Shown here one piece after another: positions 55,185-64,000 of a stretch of 64,000 nucleotides of DNA. The DNA comes from Octopus sinensis. Lineage: Eukaryota. The number at the start of each line of letters is the position of its first letter. Position 1 is the stretch's first letter. The notes beneath the pieces were generated by a model. The model saw only the letters and a list, made by a program, of their open reading frames with translations. It was not told where the DNA came from and searched no databases. The DNA lies in the NCBI RefSeq assembly GCF_006345805.1, contig NC_043022.1:3038001-3102000 (forward strand), given 5' to 3'. The position numbers and the translations under genes are program-made.

Positions 55185-55808
55185 GTTTAAAATTTTCATC
55201 GTGTGTATTTAGCGGCACCACAAGGAAATGATATCGTTAAATAAAAATGTGTCGTTGGAAATATTTCTCTGAGAAATAAACGATATTCCATGGAGGGAAG
55301 TGATTATACGATAATGGAGTTCTTCGCCTGACGCGTGGCTCCCTTCAATTTTATATTACTTTTGGGGGAATTTAGACACTTTAACGTGATTATAAATGTT
55401 GTAAGGAATTTATAGTAGCATCTAAATGTATATATAACCATCTAACGACTATTTAGCTATAAAGGCTATATATATATATATATATATAAAAAAAAAATTT
55501 GTCTCTAAAATTTATGCTCACACACGCACGTGCGTACTTTTTAGTATTAAAATACATACAAATTTTTCCGATTTCTGAAAATTATATATGTATATGGCGG
55601 TGCCCCAGCATGACCACAGCTCGTGAGCTGAGACTAGATAAAATAGAATTAAAAAAAAAAAAAATATATATATATATATATTATACACACACGCACTCTT
55701 TCACAGAATATATTTATATATCCTTTTTAGTATATATATATATATATATATATTATACACACACGCACTCTTTCACAGAATATATTTACATATCCTTTTT
55801 AGTATATG

Positions 55809-55842
<34 letters not shown>

Positions 55843-56063
55843 AAGAGAGAACAAGCATGTCAAATGACATGGTAAATTCTTGATATATAATTTTTCGTGG
55901 AATGCATGTGCACGCGCGCGTGCAAATGTTTATGGCTGTATATACATATGTATATATATTTACATTAAACAGGTTTCGTGTTTTATCAGACTGGACTATA
56001 ATACCCTGTACTAGTACATATGTATTATGTATATATGCATGTGTGTGTGTGTACATACATATT

Positions 56064-56262
56064 CTCTCTCTCTTTTACTTGTTTCAGTCTTTTGACTGCG
56101 GCCATGCTGGAGCACCGCCTTTAGTCGAGCAAATCGAACCCGGAACTTATTCTTTGTAAGCCCAGTACTTATTCTATCGTCTCCTTTTTGCCGAACCGCT
56201 AAGTTACGGGGATGTAAGCACACCAGCATTGGTTGTCAAGCAATGTTGGGGGACAAACACAA

Positions 56263-56295
<33 letters not shown>

Positions 56296-56454
56296 CAATG
56301 GGCTTCTTTTCAGTTTCCGTCTACCAAATTCACTCACAAGGCTTTGGTCAGCCCGAGGCTATAGCCGAAGACACTTGCTCTGGGTGCCACACTGTGGGAC
56401 CGAACCTGGAACCATGTGGTTGGTAAGCAAGCTACTTACCACACAGCCACTCCT
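56064..56454 (-). mobile_element. SINE A
   Basis: Full-length reverse complement. Confidence 0.88.
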
Positions 56455-57247
56455 AGGTCACAGACGTCTTGCAAGATGTGCTGTTTGTCAACCCAGAACA
56501 TAGTTGATCCCAGCATTTGGGGCAATTCAGGTCCCTTTTTTTCTCATTCTTCTTCACGAACAGGCTGTTCCCAATATAAACCTGCATCACCTCTGCCATA
56601 GTGATCAGACGTTCCCCGCTCTTATTTCTTTCGCCCAATCCGAACTCTCCAACATACTCTTCTCCCTGTCACCCTTTTCCGACCCTTGTGCTAAAATCTC
56701 CCATCACGATGGTGTAGGTCAATTTCTGAGCTTACACCTTGTCTAGCTGGTGATAGAAAAATCCAACCTCATTGTCATCGCTGGCGCCTGAGGGAGCGTA
56801 GGTCTGGACAGTTTTAAGGGTGGCCTTCCCACAGAGGTTCACGCTTAGCATCCTGATCTGTGCTGATACAAACTGGTAGGAGGTGATCTGTGAAGCCCAT
56901 TCCTTGCTTATGATGAATTTGACACCTCCAACTGATCTGGCCCCTTCTGCTGTCCCCACTCTTATGGCACATCTGTCATTCCATCACGAACTCTCCTTAC
57001 TCTTTTACTCCTTTACTTGTTTCAGTCATTTGACTGCGGCCATGCTGGAGCACCGCCTTTTAGTCGAGCAAATCGAACCTGGGACTTATTCTTTGTAAGC
57101 CCAGTACTTATTCTATCATTCTCTTTTGCCGAACCGCTAAGTGACGGGGACGTAAACACACCAGCATCGGTTGTCAAGCAATGCTAGGGGGACAAACACA
57201 GACACCCACAAACACACACCACACACACACACACACACACCACACAT

Positions 57248-57295
<48 letters not shown>

Positions 57296-57560
57296 TACGA
57301 CAGGCTTCTTTTCAGTTTCCGTCTACCAAATCCACTCACAAGAATTGGTCGGCCCTGGGCTATAGCAGAAGACACTTGCCCAAGATGCCACGCATGGGAC
57401 TGAACCCGGAACCATGTGGTTGGTAAGCAAACTACTTACCACACAGCCACTCCTGCCCTTTTTCTGATAAATCTCACACAATCCCAATCCATTGTCTCTG
57501 ATCATTTTCTCCTCCATCGGGTGATTCAAACCATTCACTCCTCCCCCTCCCGGGCTAAAG
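56455..57560 (-). mobile_element. RTE-clade apurinic-type endonuclease domain relic, split by SINE A (56991-57457, -)
   Basis: GLGLCEIYQK | ...TVQTYAPSGASDDNEV..FYHQL...IVMGDFSTRVG...GERNKSGERL (YAP and GDFN motifs of APE domains). Confidence 0.8.
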
Positions 57561-57689
57561 ACCAGCACTTGGCAAGGTTACTCCTATTCCTTGGCAGCTT
57601 TTTGGAACCTGAGATTCTTAGCAGCCTCTTGTTGCTCAGATTGTGTGCCATTGCTGTGGTATGGTCCTATTGATGTGCAGGGTACTGAG

Positions 57690-58095
57690 GCCCATTTCTT
57701 CATGCTGTATTACCTGCAATTTTGTTTGGGAGCAAAATTTGGGCCACAACAAAGAGAGAGGAGCAGACGTTGGTAACTGCTCAAAGAGCTATGGAAAGAT
57801 CAATGGTGAGAGCGTCACTGAAAGAGCACATCCGGAGCAAAATGATGAGAGAAATCTGGCTTGAGAAACCTCATCACAGAATACAAAAGGCAAAAACTCA
57901 GCTGGGCTGGACACATTGTTTGGTTCACCAACAATCAATGGACTTGCGCAGTTGTCGAGTGGCATCCGTGTGAGTAGAAGAAGCCACTTGGAAGGCCTCC
58001 AAAACAGTGGGGGAGGAAATAAGCATTTGGAGCTATGTGGATGAGGAAGGCACAGTCCAGAGACGAATGGATGGCATGTTGTGACCAGCGGGGAG
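57690..58095 (+). mobile_element. RTE-clade ORF2 C-terminal relic
   Basis: VLPAILFGSKIWATTKREEQTLVTAQRAMERSM...KLSWAGHIV...NQWTCAVVEWHP...PLGRPPKQW; same family as 4865-5150. Confidence 0.85.
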
Positions 58096-58469
58096 GAAGG
58101 ATCATCCTGTCTCCACCATCGTTCTCCCCAACCAAGTTTCCAATGTTGGAAGAAGCTCTGAAAGCATAGCTACTAGAATAAGAATGGGTTAGGCAAAGTT
58201 TAGAGCATTACTACCTTTGTCAGTGATAAAGGGCCGCTCCCTCAGAGTGAAAGGCAGATTGTATGATGCCTGTAGACATACAGCTTTGCTACATGCCAGT
58301 GAAACGTGGGCTATGATTACAGAGGTCCTATGAAGGCTTGAAAGAAATGAAGCCAGCAGGCTCGGCTGGGTGGGTAATGTCAGTGTGCATACACGACAGA
58401 GTGTAAGTGATTTAAGAGAAAAATTATTATAGGCATAGGAGTTGCTGTGTGGTAAGTAGCTTGATTACG

Positions 58470-58836
58470 ATCTGTGCAGGATCGCGAATTCTTTCCCGGA
58501 GGACTCCTTTCAATTTATACCTGTATGGTACGGCCTGATGAAGAATGATTGCCTCAATGAAGCAAGACCGCTCGTCAGCCGGGTAACGTGAACCTGTTGA
58601 ATGTTTTTGTATTATATTGAGAAAGAGGTTTGTTGCCTCTTGTAACATATGTAAAATTTTGGAATTTTTTTTGTAAAATTTTTGAAAAAAAGAACAATGT
58701 CTTAGAGAAGCGGAAGTCGGCGGGCGCTTTCGTCTTCTCCCATCACCATCCTCGTCCATCACCATCATTCATTAATGTTTTTTGTCCAGCCCGCAACTAC
58801 TCTGTGTACTGCCCTAGTGGCAAATTATATGAAATA
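58470..58836 (+). mobile_element. Unassigned retroposed insert (5'-truncated L1/Tx1-like 3' end or retrocopy)
   Basis: 16-bp TSD aagtagcttg(a/c)ttacg at 58454-58469 and 58837-58852; 40-codon open frame ending TGA at 58591, T-rich UTR, terminal AATAAA. Confidence 0.6.
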
Positions 58837-58994
58837 AAGTAGCTTGCTTACGGACCATATGGTTCCGGGTTCAGTCCCACTGCATGACACCTTGGGCAAG
58901 TGTCTTCTATTATAGCCTCGGGCCGACCAAACCCTTGTGAGTGGATTTGGTAGACGGAAACTGAAAGAAGCCCGTTGTATACATATATATATAG

Positions 58995-59180
58995 TTAATC
59001 CAAACAAGAAAACAAAAAAAAAACACAAAAAAACACAGCAACGCGAGGACGTGGAACAAATAAAGTATTATTGGACGCTCAGGAAAGGAGGGTTTAACAT
59101 TTCGAGCGGAGCTCTTCGTTGGAAACAAAGGAGAAGGAAAGATCCCGAGAAGGAAAAAAAAATTGCTGGCGGTGCTCACG
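58995..59180 (-). mobile_element. Family E-related (Penelope-type) short repeat inserted in the SINE A microsatellite
   Basis: Hammerhead-shaped motif at 59092-59126; matches 14085-14145. Confidence 0.6.
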
Positions 59181-59351
59181 AGGTCACGTGTATGTTTGTA
59201 TGTCTGTGTATGTTCCCCCAACATCGCTTGACAATTGATGCTGGTGTGTTTACATCCCTGTAACTTAGCGGTTTGGCAAAAAGAGACTGATAGAATAAGT
59301 ACTATGCTTACAAAGAATAAGTCCTGGGGTCGGTTTTCTCAACTAAAAGGC

Positions 59352-59580
59352 AGCGAGCTGGCAGAATCATTAGCACGCCGGGCGAAATGCTTAATGGTAT
59401 TTCGTCTGCTGTTACGTTCTGGGTTCAAATTCCGCCGAGGTCGACTTTGCCTTTCATCCTTTCGGGGTCGGTAAATTAAGTACCAGTTACGCACTGGGGT
59501 CGATATAATTGACTTAATCTGTTTGTCTGTCCTTGTTTATCCTCTCTGTGTTTGGCCCCTTGTGGGTAGTAAAGAAATAG
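59352..59580 (+). mobile_element. SINE F1 inserted in the SINE A tail
   Basis: Near-identical to 3808-4045; host motif ctc(a/g)actaaa.ggc duplicated on both sides. Confidence 0.88.
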
Positions 59581-60439
59581 GTTTGCTCGACTAAAGGCGG
59601 TGTTCCAGCATGGCCACATTCAAATGACTGAAACAAGTAAAAGAGTAAAAAGGGAGAGTATAAGATGCATCAATTGCTGCATGCAAACAGAAGACTGCAC
59701 TGGTACGGCCATGTGATGCATATGGATGAGGACAGCTTCATCAAGGAGTGCTGATCTCCAATTGTGGAGGGGAGCTGAGGAAAAGGTAGACTCGGGGTGA
59801 TGTGGTAAGGATTTTCAGACATCAGGTCTCACAGAGGAGATGACTAGGGATTGAGACTTCTGGCGGTTTGCTGTGTTTGAGAAGACATGTCAAGCTAAGT
59901 AAAGCTGTGGCCATCCATCTGTTGAGACAGGTCCTCTATGGTCATGCCTTCCAGTCTCTCTCTCTCTCTTGGCTGAGAGATCTTTGTCTTGTGAGCTCAT
60001 GGCACCATGGAAAAAGCACTTGTGCCAGTGCCACATAAGAAGCACTTATGCTAGCACCACATGAAGAGCACTCGTGTCAGTGCCACCTAAATAGCATCCA
60101 TGGTGGCACCACATTGAAACCACATGTGCTGGTGCCACATGAAAAGCTTCTGTGCTGGTGCCACATAAAAAGCCCCTATGCTGGTCCCATGTAAAAGCAC
60201 GTGCCAGTGGCATATAGATGGCACCTTGTGCTGGTGCCACATAGAAAGCACCCAGTACAGTCTGTAGCAAAGTGGTTGGCGTTAGGAAGGGCATCCAGCT
60301 GTAGAAACCCTGCCAAGGCAAACAAATGGATCCTGTGCTGGCCAGCTCCTGTCACACTGTCCTCTCCATGTTAGCATGGAGAACAGATGTTAAATGATGT
60401 TGATAATATCTGGACATTACATAAATATTCATGTTTGTA

Positions 60440-60915
60440 TGTTAAGTTAGTTAGGTTAAGTTAATTTTTTGGCTCAAAAAGCAAAAATCAAGGCCATGTA
60501 GGGGGACATGGAGTTATGTACAAGGTGGGGGGTTCATGCAAAGAGTTCAGGCCATTTCTGGTCAAGAGAGACTTTGAACCAAGCGGTCGTCGACATCTTC
60601 ACTATCTCGTCCAGCAACTTATTCCACGGAACCGCAACCCGGACGGAGAAAGCCCCTCTCCTTCGATTGAGATGAAATTGTCGCAGATAGAGCTTTTCGG
60701 AGTAACCCCGCAGCTGATGCTCTGGAGCAGGAGTGAAGAACAGCTCTTTCGAGAGGTTACACTTTCCGCTTATGATGTTGTGAGCAAGAATGAGATCACC
60801 ACGGCGTTGCTGTTTTTCTAGAGAATAAAGATTGAGTGCCTTCAGCCTTTCTTCATAAGACAAACGCTTGAGACCAAGAACCATGCGGGTAACCAGCTTC
60901 TGGACTCTTTGTATG
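60440..60915 (-). mobile_element. CR1-clade LINE ORF2 C-terminus and 3' tail
   Basis: IQRVQKLVTRMVLGLKRLSYEERLKALNLYSLEKQQRRGDLI...FSVRVAVPWNKL...FKVSLD; (ctaa/ttaa)n tail. Confidence 0.92.
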
Positions 60916-60984
60916 TGTATATCTGTCTGTCTGTCCATCTGTCTCTCTCTCTCTTTATATATATATTTCATCATGTTGAACCAT

Positions 60985-61165
60985 TAATCCCCTTTCCGTT
61001 TTTTACTTCTTGCTTTCTCTCTCCAGTTTTTCCCTCTTAACCCTTTCTGTCGAAAGAGTGTAGGCTCAAAACATCAAAAACTTTTCCATTCGTCCCAAGC
61101 GTCAAACAAATACACCTGCTTATTGTTCCCTCACCTCTTTTATTTTCAGTAAATTTGAACTACAT
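60985..61165 (+). mobile_element. Family E short repeat (degenerate)
   Basis: Matches the reverse complement of 35830-36030, including the hammerhead-shaped motif at 61043-61079. Confidence 0.6.
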
Positions 61166-61224
61166 ATATATATATGTGTGTGTGTGTGTGTGCATGTTTA
61201 TGTGTGTGTATGTATGTATGTGTG

Positions 61225-61655
61225 TAGAAGGATTCCTAAGCAGATGCTGTATGGAGAACTTGTGAATGGAAGGAGACTCCGGCAGAAACCAAGGCTGCGA
61301 TTTAAGGACTGTGTTAAGTCCTCGTTAAAGGCCTTTGATATGCAGGACACTGACTGGGAGAACAATGCCTGTCATTGCCACAGATGGAGGAAGCAGGTTA
61401 AGGAGGGGACCGACACTTTTGAGAGAGCACGTATCCAGCATGAAGAACTTAAGCGAGCTGCGTGAAAGCACACGGCTCGTATAGTGAATGGGGAAAGCTT
61501 GGTCTGCAATGCTTGCAGTCGTGTATGCTTGTCAAGAGCAGGGCTCATTAGCCACCAACGGAGCCGCAAATGCAAAATATAAGTTAGTCCTAGAACGCAC
61601 AATGTTCCTGAAGGTCGGCAATGGTCTTCCTCAATCACGAGTGGACGGTCATCAT
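61225..61655 (+). mobile_element. RTE (BovB-like) LINE ORF2 C-terminus with C2H2-like finger
   Basis: RIPKQMLYGELVNGRRLRQKPRLRFKDCVKSSLK...RWRKQVKEG...CNACSRVCLSRAGLISHQRS. Confidence 0.88.
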
Positions 61656-61682
61656 GTATGTATGTATGTGTGTGTGTGTGTA

Positions 61683-62096
61683 TACTCTTTTACTCTTTTA
61701 CTTGTTTCAGTCATTTGACTGCGGCCATGCTGGAGCACCGCCTTTAGTCGATCAAATCGACCCCGGGACTTATTCTTTGTAAGCCCAGTACTTATTCTAT
61801 CGGTCTCTTTTGCCGAACCGCTAAGTGATGGGGACGTAAACACACCAGCATCGGCTGTCAAGCAATGCTAGGGGGACAAATACAGACACACACACACACA
61901 ACACACACACACACACATATATATATATACATACGACAGGCTTCTTTCAGTTTCCGTCTACCAAATCCACTCACAAGGCATTGGTCGACCCGGGGCTATA
62001 GTAGAAGACACTTGCCCAAGGTGCCATGCAGTGGGACTGAACCCGCAACCATGTGGTTGGTTAGCAAGCTACTTACCACACAGCCACTCCTGCGCC
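61683..62096 (-). mobile_element. SINE A
   Basis: Full-length reverse complement. Confidence 0.9.
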
Positions 62097-62401
62097 TATG
62101 TATGTATATACATGTATATTGGTGGTGGCAGCATTTTATCGTGTGTCTGATAATTTAATTGGTTTCTTCTTGGCCGTGACGATGTATGTATGTGTACAGG
62201 TATTATGATGAAGGTTGCCAAATAAAAATTTCAGTTTAATGTCAAACCTCATTGATAGGAAGAAGACTTGTCTTTATTTTCGTGTTAAATACACACAGGC
62301 CAGTCAGATCCCCTAACTTCAGCTGAGTTTCTGTGCTTCTTTATCCCATATCAGAAGACTTGGTCTGCTGGAAGCTTACCAGCACATTACACACACTTGT
62401 G

Positions 62402-62435
<34 letters not shown>

Positions 62436-62468
62436 CACATATGCGCTCTCAGGTGTATATATGTGAAG

Positions 62469-62697
62469 CTGGCGGCGAGCTGGCAGAAACGTTAGCATGC
62501 CGGGCGAAATGCGTAGCCGTATTTCGTCTGCCGTTACGTTCCGAGTTCAAATTCCGCCAAGGTCGACTTTGCCTTTCATCCTTCCGGGGGTCAATAAATT
62601 AAGTACCAGTTACGCACTGGGGTCGATGTAATCGACTTAATCCCTTTGTCCTTGTTTGTCTCCTCTGTGTTTAGCCCCTTGTGGGTAGTAAAGAACG
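62469..62697 (+). mobile_element. SINE F1
   Basis: Near-identical to the other F1 copies. Confidence 0.88.
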
Positions 62698-62705
62698 GCA
62701 GTAAA

Positions 62706-63234
62706 AGATATTAATAGTGTGGAAGGCCCGGGACCTGCGACCAAACATGTGCTACAAAACTGGTTCAGATGTTTCCAAGAAGGGGACACCAACCTCAGAG
62801 GAAAACCAAGGTCAGGAAAATCTTCTATTGTGGAAGTTGAGGTCTTGCTTGAAACGGGTGAATAACAGCCACACGCAAGCACTCGGATGCTGGTGGCAGA
62901 ACTTGGTCCTTCACAAAGAACCAACAATCGAGACCTCCATAAGCCCGGCCTTGTGAACAGACGCTGGTTTGAAGCTCCCCGTGAACTGGACAATGACCAG
63001 GCTCAACAACACTCTACTCTCTCTCTCTCTCTTTTACTCTTTTACTTGTTTCAGTCATTTCACTGCGGCCATGCTGGAGCACCACCTTTAGTTGAGCAAA
63101 TCAACCCCGGGACTTATTCTTTGTAAGCCCAGTACTTATTCTATCGGTCTCTTTTGCCGAACCGCTAAGTGACGGGGACGTAAACACACCAGCATCAGTT
63201 GTCAAGCAATGCTAGGGGGACAAACACAGACACA

Positions 63235-63300
<66 letters not shown>

Positions 63301-63770
63301 CGACAGGCTTCTTTCAGTTTCCGTCTACCAAATCCACTCACAAGGCATTGGTTGGCCCGGGGCTATAGTAGAAGACACTTGCCCAAGATGCCATGCAGTG
63401 GGACTGAACCTGGAACCATGTGGTTGGTAAGCAAGCTACTTACCACACAGCCACTCCTGCGTGAACATTCATAAACAACAACTGGCAAATCCTTGTGGTG
63501 TTCGTTTCTTGGCATCGAATTGTAACTGGGGATGAAAAAAGGGATCTATTTTCGTAATCCTAAGAGAAATCAGTGGTTTCTTTCCGGCTGGGCTTCAGAA
63601 GCCGTTATCAAACAAGGGCGGTTTGAACAGAAAGCCATGTTGTGTGTTTGGTGGAATTTCGAGGGAGTGCTGTACCTTGAGCTTGACCCAGAGGGTCATG
63701 CTGAGAACCCTAACCTTCATATTCAACAACTGCAGTGCGTATATGATGGTTTAAAAAAAAAATATTAATA
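62706..63770 (+). pseudogene. mariner transposase relic, split by SINE A (63011-63461, -)
   Basis: INSVEG...NWFRCFQEGDTNL..KPRSG (HTH region), then RIVTGDEK (first catalytic D) and KAMLCVWWNFEGV; stops and frameshifts present. Confidence 0.88.
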
Positions 63771-64000
63771 ATGAAATTATTGTATACAGTGCTCAGGTGC
63801 ACCACAACTTGTCAGACAGAGCGTATAAAGCACATGCAGTAATGTACAAATGTCTGGAAAGTGAACAATGTATGAGTCAGATACATGCTTGTGTGTGTAT
63901 GGAGGGGAGAAAATCAGGTGTAGTGTTGGCGAAGTTTTGAAGGATGCAGTGCTCCAACAACCAACAACTGATGCCGGCAGTTTGTTCCATGCTTCAGCAA

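Larger units (their letters stand above)
58155..60400 (+). mobile_element. RTE LINE 3' portion with family C tail, interrupted by SINE A (58431-59650), which itself carries three inserts
   Basis: ...LLHASETWAM...SVHTRQSVSDLREKL | RRLHWYGHV...AVFEKTCQAK* then the family C tail. Confidence 0.85.

Noticed and set aside
55670-55820. ~73-bp direct tandem duplication between TA tracts
   Set aside because: Ordinary microsatellite-associated slippage

Overview
This is eukaryotic, AT-rich, microsatellite- and SINE-dense genomic DNA. It is most likely from a coleoid cephalopod (Octopus-like); that is inferred from the repeat families and not verified. The only well-supported protein-coding gene is a TAO (thousand-and-one amino acid, STE20-family) kinase on the + strand. 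Eight spliced exons (3617-22917, 1035 nt, 345 aa) cover kinase subdomain II through the Ser-rich linker, and a candidate ninth exon lies at 26043-26105. The first coding exon is not seen before 3617, and no coiled-coil exons are recognisable in the remaining 41 kb. Other features are an intact tRNA-Thr(CGT) gene, a full-length 5S rRNA copy fused to an RTE-LINE 3' tail, hammerhead-ribozyme-shaped motifs in short Penelope-type repeats, and a 4.6-kb intronic 179-bp satellite with 8-mer higher-order structure. There are also two minisatellites born inside mobile elements, two non-autonomous Helitrons, hAT/piggyBac/Kolobok/Tc2-type MITEs, RTE, CR1 and mariner relics, several SINE families (labelled A-N here as working names) and a 100-N assembly gap. 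Nearly all ORFs in the supplied track are repeat artefacts. Repeat coordinates are approximate to about 10 bp unless a target-site duplication (TSD) is quoted.
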